Part shown: positions 34,980-46,514 of the stretch, one piece after another
How positions within the stretch are numbered: the stretch's first letter is position 1
Layout of the letters: the number at the start of each line of letters is the position of its first letter
Assembly: GCF_006345805.1 (NCBI RefSeq)
Contig: NW_021833844.1
Span: forward strand, 1 to 46,514
Reading direction: 5' to 3'
Source: Octopus sinensis
Taxonomy: Eukaryota
Length of the DNA: 46,514 nt
Notes under the pieces: generated by a model
What the model saw: only the letters and a program-made list of their open reading frames with translations
The model's database searches: none
Told to the model about the DNA's origin: nothing
Position numbers and translations under genes: made by a program

Positions 34980-37433
34980 TGTGACATGGGCGGCTGGATA
35001 CGATGGGAAACCGGTTACATTTTTGACCTTGTGATGTCAATTATTAATCATTGAATAACTTCAAAGAATAATGCATTTTAAAAAAAAATTAAAATTAATC
35101 CTTTTTTTAGTCTTGCCATTGGTACCCTCCATATCCCTCCTTTAGCATTTTATATTTAAAAAAATGATTGATTTGCCTCAACTCGATTATTGATAAAATG
35201 TTAATTATTTCAGCCCCGGATAGAAAGGAGACTCGAATCTATCCATCCCCTTGTACGGGGATTGTTTGGTCTTCCATGTATCTGAACTAGATTAAACTCT
35301 TCGCATAGATCTCTCAGAGACACATTCTTGAATTCTGAACCATTATCCGATTGCAAAATTTTGCAAGGTCCATATAGGTAGAAAAGTGATCTCAGGTTGC
35401 TGCATACTTCTTTTGAAGATTTATGAAAAAGTGGTCTAACAAATGCAAATCTGAATAAATTGTTGAGAGACCTACTACCAACCTACTATAAACATCGATG
35501 ACTGTTAAAATCCATTTGTAATTATTATTTACGACTGAAAACTTTTTTAGATCTACAAGATCTAGCTGAAACCTTTCATTCGGAGAAGAAGCAAAAATAT
35601 GATGTTTGGATCATCAGATTTTAGATAAAATCTGCGCATTAATCGAAATATAGAGTACCTTTCATTGATTATTGTAAAATTGCCCGTAAGAATTTGTCGC
35701 CTCTGAATATTTGGTATTTGGATGATTGTACTATGGGTGGTCCGCCCGATATTTTGATAAAGGACTTGGAATCTCTAATCCCAGCTTTGTCATCCATTGG
35801 TCTCGAAATCAATTCTCTTAAATCTGAAATCGTAAATGTTAACATCGATCGTGTTAGTTTTCAATACATTTTTTCTCAGTTTCGAGGCCTTTTGCCCGAT
35901 CTGAGACATACTTCCACTGCCGATCTCGAAATCTTGGGTGCTCCGATCTACGACCAATCCGCCATCCGTATTCTTAATTCCAAGAGGAATGCCCTTTCTT
36001 CCCTTGTGATAAACTTGCAGATATTGATCCCCACCTGCTTATTTCATTCTCAAAAATTATCTTCTGGATCCCGAAAATCAATTATGTCCTAAGGATTCCC
36101 GCTGCTTTTATATTCCTTTGCCTTGGATTCTTCGACGCTCTAGTGCGTTCTTCCGCTGAGAAGATTTTTAATGTCAAGTTTGATGACGTTGGTTGGTGTC
36201 AGGCCAAACTTCCTGTATCCTTTGGCGGTCTGGGGCTTCGCTCCGCGCTCGACCTTTCTCTTCCCGCTTTCCTTTCATCTTCTTCAGGATTGTATCTTTC
36301 TTGTCCATAAGATTCTTGAAAAATCACCCGAATCAACTTTGGACTCTGATATCAATTCTGCACTCTTGCTTTGGAAGGAAAAGGATTTCGTCTTACCGTC
36401 AGAACGATCTCTCCAACGTGAATGGGACAAAATTATTTGTGAATATTACGTTGACTCGTTGGAGCGTCTCTTGGACCAGCACAGACTAGCTTGCTTCCGT
36501 GCCAGTCGCCAACCGTATTCTGGCTCCTGGCTTAACTGCCTTCCCACGACCCATTTGGATACCTGCCTCGACTCCGATGCCCTCCGTTTTGGAATATGCC
36601 TTCGTCTCGGACTACCGATTTGTAATCCCCACCCCTGCCGGTGTGGATCAACGATGGACACATACGGGCTCCATGCCCTTTCCTGCAAAAAGCGCAGGTC
36701 GCATGCCTCGTCATTCGGCTCTTAACAAAGATCATTCTCCATGCCCTCGAAAAGGCAGGGTATCTTTCTGTCCTTGAGCCAATTGGTCTGACCGTGGTGA
36801 TTGAAAAAGGCCTTATGGCTCGACGTTGTTCGCTTCGCGACGCTGGGTAAACCACTAGTTTGGGATGCCACTGTGTTGATTCCTTCTCTAAGTCGGCCAT
36901 CAACGAATCCGCCTCTCTGCCCGGGTCCCGTGCTAATAGGGCTGAACATACAAAATCCGAAAAATACCAGGGCTTGTTAGACGGCTTTGGTTTTGGCCAA
37001 TTGTTGTTGAGACTTCGTGCGTCTTTGGCACAAAGCAGTTGATCATCTGAAGAAACTTGGCCACCTCTGTTCTTTACGCTCCAAGGATCCTAGGGAATTT
37101 ACATTCCTAATCCAAAGGATCCTGTTGGCCGTTGTGCGTGGGAACAGCTGTTCCATCCGGCTTGCTGGCCGATTAATTTCTGATTAATTTAACTTTCCAT
37201 ATTTTTAATAATATTTAATCTTAAAAAAAGGTTTACCAACATTTAAAAAAATAACTTTTTAAAATTATTTAAGTACACGAACAAAAACTAATTTAAATCA
37301 ATACAAGGCATAGTTAAACTTTATAATTGGCCCCTAAAATATTATTTGTGATAATCAAAGGATTTAATTTTGACATCTACAAGGTCAAAAAATGTAACCG
37401 GTTGCCCATGCGTAACGCGTTGCCCATGTCACA
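34980..37433 (-). mobile_element. Ginger/GIN-like transposon, family A, carrying a CRE-like insertion
   Basis: ~70-bp imperfect TIRs starting TGTGACATGGGC and 5-bp TSD TAATC. Integrase core PNERFQLDLVDLKK, LTVIDVYSR^FAF, LQSDNGSEF and HGRPNNPRT; intron at 35451-35482. Confidence 0.9.
35690..37175 (+). mobile_element. CRE-like retrotransposon, longest fragment (RT YLDD through RLE), frameshifted
   Basis: NIWYLDDCTMGG, ILGAPI, LP...GGLG, GSWLNCLP, CRCG...D.YGLHALSC and RHSALN. Confidence 0.88.
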
Positions 37434-37659
37434 TAATCGCCATCTTTTGGCTTGGTCCAAAATTTGGCAAGTAAACGGGGTTTGACTTTATTTATTTCTA
37501 AAATTTTAAACTCTTCGCAGATGTATGAAAAATAGATTATTCTTTACTCAAAATAATGCCACAAAAATAAAACTTTAATGATATGAAATTAGACAACACA
37601 TAAAGTGGTCAGTTGTTAGACAAGACTTAGAAATTTTTATTATCAAATAAGCATTGACT

Positions 37660-37990
37660 TATCAGGAGAGCTTTGGAAGTCCCAGGAACTCCTTCATATT
37701 TGAACCACTGGAATCGATTGAGGAGATGGAAGAAACAGGACTGTGTCACTGTGTTTTCTTTCAACAGAGGAAACACATTTATTGTAAACCGCCCCTGGAT
37801 AAATCGCCACAATTTCTTGAAATCATTATTGTCGTTAGGGGGCGGAAGATCTTCCAGGAAGAAGTTAAAAAGGGCCGAGGATAAAGAAGATCCTTGAGGT
37901 ACTCTGTTGGGCAGGAGATGATACGTAGACTTCAGGCCTCAAGTCACACCCCCCTGGAAATATCTTTTGATAGAATTCTTCTTGAGACTA
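37660..37990 (+). mobile_element. Highly degenerate CRE-like fragment
   Basis: LIRRALEVPGTPSYL(E)P and VTVFSFNRGN resemble the other copies. Confidence 0.55.
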
Positions 37991-38499
37991 AGTCAAAGAT
38001 TTTGTTTTACTGACAGAACAAAGGAAACTTTTTAAGTGTTTCGGTTTGCTTGCAAATCCAGTAAGAATGAAATCCGTGAATGTTTTTAAGCATGTAGACG
38101 CGGACTTCTCTTTAAACCTATATTGAAAGACCTCTACGGTAAAAATTCTTTTATTCTTCCAAGAACCATAAACCAATATAAAAGATGCAGAGTCGTTTCT
38201 TTATAAATGGCTGTGTCCATAATGACGGTATCACGTTTGGGTTTATCGAAGTATCCAACACCTCTCACCGAAAAAAGAAAAGGTGCTGACCGTTTCTTCT
38301 GTTTGAGGGTAGTGTGTTAGATTTTTTCTCACCTATGTGATATTTTTGCATAGAACTTTATCAGGTTATTCAATATATTCCTCTGCAAATGGAGTCTACT
38401 GCATATATTTGTTGTTGTGGTTGCTGTTCATGGTCTGTTTTTCTCGATAAGAAGAAAACGAATCCCATGGGCCCTCCTGCCTAGAAGTAAATTATAAAA

Positions 38500-41400
38500 A
38501 AGATATGGTGGATGCAGGAACGATGTCTCTGGGGCTGGATAATGCCACAAGAGCTTGTATAAACAATAACCCTACGGTTGGAAGTCGTGTTGCCAATACT
38601 AACTTTCACACTCTTTCTGCCATTATTGAGGATTCAATTGTGTCTCTAGAATGAATGTGGTGTCACAGGCTGTTCATGCCACCAGACAAAGACTGGGGAG
38701 AATACCCAGAGGTGGCTGGAGTTTTATCCTTGAAAAGTTCAAACGTGAAATTTTCTGAAAGTACTAGTCTAACCAGATTGAAAAATATGGCCAAACTCAA
38801 ACCAGTAGCTGGAACAATAAGGAAGCTGGTGGATCCAATAGCAAACAATTCCCAACAAGGGAACAAGTGGAAATCTCTATTTCAGTAATTGCCTGGAAGA
38901 GATTAATTTTAAATTAAGGAAGTTAAATCGATACCGAGAGAGGCTCGTAAGCCTACAGGAAAATTCCAAGAAATATGTCAAAGCTGATATTTTAATGGGA
39001 TTAAACTCTGCAATAATCATATTACAAAGGACGATCCACCTCGAGACATCAATGCAATTTGTGATATTTTATATGCTGCTAAGAAAGTTAAGCCACAGAC
39101 CACATGGTTGGGAAATACCGAGGCGAAGATTTCAAAATTATCCGCAGAACTAGAACTTGTAAATTGTTACGTAAGACAGCTCTGCCACAGTGTGAAAAAC
39201 AAAATGTGATGGATATTCTATCGTTATGGATATAAAAAGAAAAAAAAGAGAGCTTTTGAGAATCGAATCCTTACTACATGACCTAATCAGAGTTAAGAAA
39301 AACAAAATTGCTGTATATAACTCGAGGAAGGACTTCCGTAAGGACAATGTTTGCTTCGAACTAAACAGAAGAAGATTTGACAGAAACTTATCAGAGAGTA
39401 ATGAAGTCACAACATACTCTTTTGACGATGAGGAGTGCATGTCGTTCTGGAAAAAAGTATTGAGCAAAAGGCGCGAAATATCCGTGTCACTGGACAATGT
39501 TAGTAAAGAATAACCGGCAGTGAAGACATGTTGCCCAGATTTAACAAATAATTACATAATGGAGATCATAAATATCTTCCTGACTGGAAGGCACCGGGAT
39601 GTGACGGAATATATAATTCTTCATTAAAGACTAGACTAAATCTCTGCATGAATCTTATGTGTTGAAATCAACAAAATAATCAACGGTGATTACAGCCAGA
39701 AAACTGGTTTTATACTGGAATTACATATCTAATTCCTAAAAGAAAACGACTGTGAGACCCCGAAAAATTTACGGCCTATAACATGCATGTGTCGACACTT
39801 ATAAGTTAGTTACCAAGGTGTGTTAATGGAAAACTGAGTTCATGGATGTATTTGGCTTAATTTCCGACAATCACTTGGTACGAGGAGACAGTGTCAGGGT
39901 GCTAAAGAACAGGCCTTATTAACCAATGCCTAAATAAAGAGTATGGAAATGGGCTATACTCTGCATGGATTGATGTCAAGAAGGCTTTCGATTCTGTTGA
40001 CCACGACTTTCTTTCATGTGTTGGAATGCTCGGGGATACCCTGTATGGATTGTTAACTTTTAAAAAGGACTGTACGAATGTGGACTGTAAAGCTCCATGT
40101 TGACGGAAGGAGAATGGTTCTGTAAAGTTGAGCCGAGGGATTCTACAAGGAGACTCGTTATCCCGGAAAAGTCAGCATCAAATGTTAAATCGTTATCTTG
40201 TTGTGAGACTTTGGAAGGAGTCATAGGATATCGTACTTGGGTGTACTTGAAGATGCAGGAAGTAATGTTTCTTAAGAGTAAAGTGATGGATTCTATCATT
40301 GGAAATGTAAAGGAAAGGATAACCATCCTTTCATAAAGGAAATTAAATGCGGTATAAATTTATTCCACGCTATAAATGAATATGCCATTTCTCTATATAA
40401 TTATTACATCGGACTTATTAATATTGAACCTCATGAATTTGATTGTATTGACCGTCAAATACGACAACTTCTTACGACTCTCAGACTCCATCTCAAACCT
40501 GCAAATAAAGAGAGGTTATTTTAAGTCGGAAATCTCTGGGGAGAGGACTTGCTTCGGTCTCTTTCAGAAGTGAACTGATACTTTTCCAGTTCCTGAAAAG
40601 TTTAGAAAGACAGTCGACAGTATGCTTACGGAGATCTGGAATCGGCGTGTGATACAAACAAATAAATGGCATATGGCCACAATTGCAGGATTTCTTGCCT
40701 CCAAGTATGCAATTCTCGACATGGAGAATTTGGGTGTTGAGTTTATCAAAGATGCTCAAAGAAAATATTTGTTAAGAACATCAATTGTAAAATGCTACAT
40801 CGGTTCTATTCAAATGCATGGACGAACAAAATGTTGATCTAGCCACATCCTCAGAGTGGTTATCTAAAGGAAATAAGGCCCACGGAGTGAAGCATGTACT
40901 GTCTCTTGCAGGATAGGAATTTGTTCTTCACATCCATGGGATCTTTATGCAGTCACTGCAAAAAAATGCAAGAAAAACATTGATCATTGGCTACGCAGTG
41001 TGGTAAGATGTTAAACAGTGATTATCTGCGGAGACACAATGAAGTTGTGAACTGCATTCACCTTCATTTGTGTCGAACCTACGGTATTAAGAGAGGAAGC
41101 AAATTAAAGACTCATTCTGGTTTCAGTTTCATATAATCGAGCTTCGATGACCAATAATAATTTGGGAATACATAAGAAACTAGATATTTGTTCATCATAA
41201 TATAGACCAATGAAATCATCCGATGTCACATGACGGAAACCAAGTTAATCACAAAACCAGAATCTTCGTGGTATGATAAAACTAAACAAGAGATAACCTA
41301 ATCGAAGTTGGATCACGTCACAAGATCGCCTCAACAAGTCGAAATCAAAAATTTCATAAATAAGATCTGCTCGCAAAACCAATTTCGATACTTTATGATG

Positions 41401-41760
41401 CAAAGGTAAAGATTATCCCGGTTGTCTTGACGTGGACGGCGTTGTGTTCGAGATACTTCAAAAACTATATGGACAAATTATCGATCGAAAAAGACAAGAA
41501 CGTATATTCAACTGTTGTTTAAAAAGGACTAGAAAGCATGGTAGTTGAACACAGACATGGAGTGAGAGTATCTGCCGAAGAATACGCCTCTGCTGCTTAC
41601 CAGCTTGCAGAAGTGCATGCTGCCGTGACACCCGGTGAAAAATGTGAGAAAAATAGAAAATCTATCTGGCTGGGAGAGGGAGAGTGAGGAGGAACTGGTT
41701 GCAAGCTCTTCTCCTAAAAGGAGGAGAGAGATTCCAATAATTGGGACTGAGAATCTAAAT
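38500..41760 (+). mobile_element. R4/Dong-like (RLE) non-LTR retrotransposon, near full-length, heavily frameshifted
   Basis: ELNRRRFDR, WKAPG.DGI, PIT, GAKEQAL, WIDVKKAFDSVDH, KLN..NLFHAINEYA, HLKPANKERL, DRNL, CSHC.....DHL, RRHNEV, IEVG.T and PVVLTW. 5' limit uncertain. Confidence 0.88.
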
Positions 41761-41789
41761 TAAATAGTCTAGCTTAAGTTAAATTTTGT

Positions 41790-42230
41790 TTCTTTTAATA
41801 ATTGAGTTTTGGACTAATTGACATTGAGCAACACGAGTTTCAAGCCATTGATACCGAAGTTCGAAGGATTCTATCTAATTTACATGTTCATCTGAAACCT
41901 GCAAATAAGGAAAGATTATATATAAGCAGATCTAACTGTGTTAGAGGACTTAATTCAATTGTCCATAAAGTGAATGCATGTTATACCAATTTTGACTGAT
42001 CTTGAAGAAAGTCTACAATGTGTCTCAGAAAGTCTGGAATCTTGCGGGTCTTAAAATAAAGAAAACACATATGGCCACTATCTCAAAGATTTCTTACCTT
42101 CAAATACAATATTGAAGATCCTTCAGAATTGAATATAAACATAATCAAGGAGAATCAACAAAAGAATCTAATGAAGATTATTAAATCGAAGATGTTGCAT
42201 TCCGTACTTTTCAAATGTGTGAAGATCAGA
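41790..42230 (+). mobile_element. R4/Dong-like fragment
   Basis: EFQAIDTEVRRIL..LHVHLKPANKERLYISR....RGL. Confidence 0.8.
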
Positions 42231-42889
42231 AAATAAAAAAAAGAAATTTAATAAATATTAAAATTAAAAAAAAGTGAAAATAAAATAATATCAAAATAGA
42301 GAACGATAGAACATTTGAATAAATATAAAGGAAACAATACAAATAATAATTTCGAAATTACAAATGTCGAAACTAATAATGCTATTTATCAAATAACATC
42401 GTTATATACAAAATGAAAACCATTTTTTTTATAGTAAAGTATGAAGCCTAATTTGGAAATTAGCGATTTGTAAAAAATTTCTAAATTTAGTACTTAAGCA
42501 GGAAATTGTAAGCATAACTTATTGATTAAAATACTTAATAAAAAATTAGATTAATAAATTAAAATATTCCAAAAGAAATTAATCCTATCTGGTTCCGAAG
42601 ACGATCGCAGATGACCGACCTATTAATTGATCGGACTGACTCCATAGCAGATTAACCTGAACTCTTAACAGCAAACCAGACGCACCCCTGAAGAACTCGA
42701 TTTCCTGAGCAACTGTCTTGTATACTTTCCGTCCACATAATGTCACTTTCTCCGACTTCCCTTACAACAAAATTTCATCCGTAACAATCAATTTGAGACA
42801 CGAAGAATGTGTCAGGAAAAAAAACCAGGCAATCTCAATTAGTGTATAAACCAGCAAAATGATAATAAGTAATTTGTTATGTGGATTGA

Positions 42890-43380
42890 TGTAAGGAAAG
42901 CATTTGACTCACTTGGTAGACTACGAATTCTTAATCTTGCAAAACCCTGGCCTCCGTGTTAGATGGTAGTGTTTATCCAGAAAACTTATCACAAAATGGG
43001 AAAATTAGTTAAATCTGGTATACAGAAAATATGAGAGGTTAAATCAATGAAGGTATTTCGCAAGGAGATTCTTTCTCACCTCCGATTTTTGAGTGGTTAA
43101 TGGACCCTCTGAACAAATACTTAACGGAAAATTCCGCGAAAGTGATTATAAGAAAACTCGGGCAGGAGGAAACCCGCATATCCCACTAACCACCTCCTAT
43201 TTATGGACGATATAAAGCTTTTTGCATCATAGTGAAATTGACGGTTAAAAAATTGAATCGTTTTTGCCCTAGCTGGTTGAAAAGAAACGCTGAAAAATGT
43301 GCGACAAATATAAAGTCTTTTTCAATGAAAGCTTGCTCTCGATGGGTTGAATGATAACAATATTTGGGGGTCCTCGGAAT
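42890..43380 (+). mobile_element. R4/Dong-like RT fragment
   Basis: RKAFDS, GI.QGDS.SP and NHLLFMDDIKLF. Confidence 0.75.
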
Positions 43381-43636
43381 CTAGACCGTGCGTCGACATA
43401 AATATGGCCATCCGTGCAGTGAACGTAAGCCTTAATAAGAAGGAGGTTGTTGATTTAATAAAATAAATCAAATTACGATAAACACAAATTAACATATTAA
43501 TTAAAATTTTTTTGACGAAATATTAGATTAATCCCATTAAGATTAAATTTTAATCTATAAAAAAATTTTTAAACACTTTATTTATTAATAATATTTAAAT
43601 TAATATATAAAATTTAAATATATTTTAATAATTAAA

Positions 43637-44969
43637 ATGGTTTTTTGTTGCAATTAAAAGATTAAGGCTTTTGAGAGAAAAGACATTAAACTCCCAAAAT
43701 AAAATTCCCGAAAGAATTCTTTACGAAAAACACACAAACTTCATAGCAGAATATGGAAGAGATACCGATTATTTTGTAAACACATTGCAACAAATACCTT
43801 TAGGATATAATGTCTCTCAATCTATTAGAATGAATGGAATTTATTGGTCTTTAACTGCTCTTGATCTCATGGACAAATTAGAAACCATTCCTCGCAATGA
43901 AATAATCAAATTTATAACCACGTGCTTTCAAAAATCGGGAGGATTCTCACCTTATCCTGACCACGAAGCACACTTGTTGTCTACTCTTAGTGCAATACAG
44001 GTCGTTTATCTGTTTTGTTATTATAGATATTAATTATATATGATTCAATTCATTTATTTGATATTGAAGCTATTGCTTCATATGTATCTAGTCTTCAATG
44101 TGAGGATGGCAGCTTTAGTGGGGACGAATGGGGTACGCACCACATGAGTACCTAATATAATACATTTTATTTTTAATTATATATATTAATTATATATTTA
44201 ATATTATAATATTTAGGAGAAGCTGATACAAGATTAACATTTTGCGGAGTCGCCTCTCTTTCATTGATTGTCATTTTGATATTGACAAACATATAGGGTA
44301 AGGTACACCTGGTCAACAGGTCTTCTACTATAAACTACGTCCTGTCCTGTCGTAACTTTGATGGAGGGTTTGGATCTCTCCCCGGGAGTGAGTCACACTC
44401 AGGCCAGGTTATATATTATAATAATAATTATTTTTAAATAACTTTTTAATTGTAATAAATTTATTAACATAATTAGATTTATTGTTGTTTAGCCACTTTG
44501 GCCATTTTGAAGGGATTACATCATGTGGATACAAGCTCATTGGCTTCTTGGCTGCAGTCTCGACAGTTGCCTTCAGGGGGACTGAATGGTTGGGGGATTT
44601 TGACTAATTCAAGGGAGGCCAGAGAAGATGCCGGATATTTGTTATTCCTGGTGGGTATTGGCATCTCTGAGTATAATTGGTCGAATGGAATGGATTGATA
44701 AGGTGTAGACTGATGGATGAAGGTTTGTAGAGATCTCTCCGTGATTTTATTCTTTCCTCTCAAGATGAAGAACTAGGAGGCATTGCTGACATTCCTGGGG
44801 ATGTTGTGAGTCGTGTTGTGACTAGTTGTAGCCTGATCCTTATCATACATTATTCGGGTTGGCAGGTCTAGCTCTTTTGGAGGAAGAGGGACTTAAAAAG
44901 GTCAATCCAATCTACTGTATGCCACAATATATTGTGGATAAAATTGAAATTGAGTGCTATTATCTATAA
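43637..44969 (+). CDS. RABGGTB: Rab geranylgeranyltransferase beta subunit, 9 exons
   Basis: [16 protein letters not shown]^IL, DGSF.GDEWG^[21 protein letters not shown]^[14 protein letters not shown]^RPEK.PD.CYSWW and DPYHTLFG. Introns 27, 26, 84, 27, 69, 25, 28 and 26 nt. One extra base in a homopolymer near 43690. Confidence 0.96.
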
Positions 44970-45022
44970 TAAAAATGAGTTAATTTAAAATAATATATAT
45001 TTCTCGTGTCTTGTAGTGTTTA

Positions 45023-45279
45023 ATGGATTGTCGATTTTTTATAGATAAAAATGATGAGAGATTAAACAGTTTTTGGCTACAAATATATTTTAGATATTAA
45101 AATGTTTATTAATAAACCAAGGAGGCCAATTGATCCACACAACGCAGGAATAGTAAGTTTGCACGCGAATTATTTTACAGGTTGCTAATTCACTATATCA
45201 GCAATTCCACAACAGTACATCTCTCCCAAGTATTGTGGATGACATAATTTCTGATATTCTCTCTAAAAATGATAAATAA
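45023..45279 (+). CDS. Small spliced orphan gene, 67 aa (absent from the ORF track)
   Basis: Exons 45023-45068, 45094-45152 and 45181-45279, with 25- and 28-nt GT-AG introns, give MDCRFFIDKNDERLNNIKMFINKPRRPIDPHNAGIVANSLYQQFHNSTSLPSIVDDIISDILSKNDK*. Confidence 0.6.
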
Positions 45280-45699
45280 AATTGATTTTATGCTATATCA
45301 TTCATTAAACAATTTTTGTATCAAAACAAAAGAAAAAATATGATTGAATTACTAAAGATTTTGCACAGATAGAAAATTTCTTGGAAAAAAACGGAGAGAA
45401 TTGAGTTTTAAAAATAAAAAGGAATTTTAGTAGTTTTTTATCTTATGATGGAAAATAGTTAATTTATGTTCATAAATGTAAAATTTCTGTTGTTGGCAGG
45501 AGGGTAATTGAGTTTTGGAAATGTCAATATTCGAAAGGCTTTTAGTTCTGAAAAGTACTTGTATTCATATTTCTTTAAGTTTACTTTATTAAAAGAAATC
45601 AAACACTTTATTTATGAAAAAATAAACCTTCACCATAATTTGAATCACTTGATTGTTTGGTAGATTTGACATTTTTAGTATATATTACAGAGCGCCTGA

Positions 45700-46447
45700 G
45701 CACGCTTAACAAATCAAGTCTGAATAAAATTGTTACACGGTAATTCAAATGCATACAAGCTTTCACCATGAAAGTACCGTTAAGGGAGATACAATTGACA
45801 GTCTAAAACTCAGAGCATTTGTTTGAAAATTGTGATTTTCACCGAATCAAATTTTGATATGAATCATTACAAAAAGAAAATAACATGATTGCTACGAAAA
45901 TCTGGGACACGTTTTAAAATTTTCCTTGACCTTAATTTCAGTTTCATTGTCCAAAGTGATGAAAAAGTTTGGATCGTCAGATTTGACACATAAAGTGTGC
46001 ATTAATCGTAAATCTAAAGTACTTTTTATTGGTTATTTTAAATTTTCAATCTTTTTGACAGGACTATATTTCAGTAAAATCTCCTGGAAATCTATTTTTC
46101 AAAGAATCTTTTAAAATTCGATACTCTGAAGAATTTTTGACATATTCTTTAGAAAAAAGGAAAATCTGAAATTGAAAAGGATTTTGTCAATGTTTGGAAA
46201 AACAACTCTTTTCTTTAATTAACATAAGCAAAACAAGATTTCGATCGATGTTTATTTAGACTTATCTAAGTAGATTCTAAATTGACTATAACTAAAGATA
46301 TCGACGCTATTGTGACGAAAAAGCAATGTCGAGTTTCTGGGACATATTTTAATCATAAAAATCAATAAATGTGTTGTTAAATGTTTTTAAATAATTAAAA
46401 AGATTTTTTTAATCCGACCCGCAGAAGAAATGATTTTGACAGCCCTG
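45700..46447 (+). mobile_element. hAT (GTF2IRD2-like) C-terminal remnant with right terminus
   Basis: ...DIDAIVTKKQCRVSG near 46300-46345; the end reads CAGGGCTGTCAAA...GCGGGTCGGATT on the minus strand, like the 29780 terminus. Left limit approximate. Confidence 0.65.
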
Positions 46448-46514
46448 GTCTACAGGTTACTATGAATTATTAGAATTAATTATTTGGCTAATTTTGACTT
46501 TAGACGTCCTCCTC

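Overview
AT-rich eukaryotic nuclear DNA. Compact islands of host genes alternate with blocks of nested transposon debris. Host genes reconstructed by hand: RPL9, UNG, a ZIP transporter, NKAP, a USP36/42-like deubiquitinase, a receptor L-domain gene, RABGGTB and a small spliced orphan. Nearly all are split by ultra-short GT-AG introns, mostly 22-31 nt. This pattern plus the animal-type genes fits a dicyemid mesozoan best; that is an inference, not proven. Mobile elements: pogo/Tigger (2 near-complete copies plus a remnant), Tc1, three hATs, Merlin, two Ginger/GIN-like integrase families with TGT..ACA ends and 5-bp TSDs, about 10 CRE-like retrotransposon 3' fragments, R4/Dong-like elements, a LINE remnant and a tRNA-derived SINE. 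Most notable: (i) the Merlin and Ginger-like transposases carry host-type tiny introns whose removal restores the reading frame; (ii) a duplicated orphan-gene module shows a purifying-selection signature and shared promoter motifs; (iii) RPL9 is unusually divergent; (iv) a 67-aa two-intron gene is absent from the ORF track. Many single-base homopolymer indels look like long-read errors, so frameshifts should not be taken at face value. All family assignments are from recalled motifs; no searches were run.
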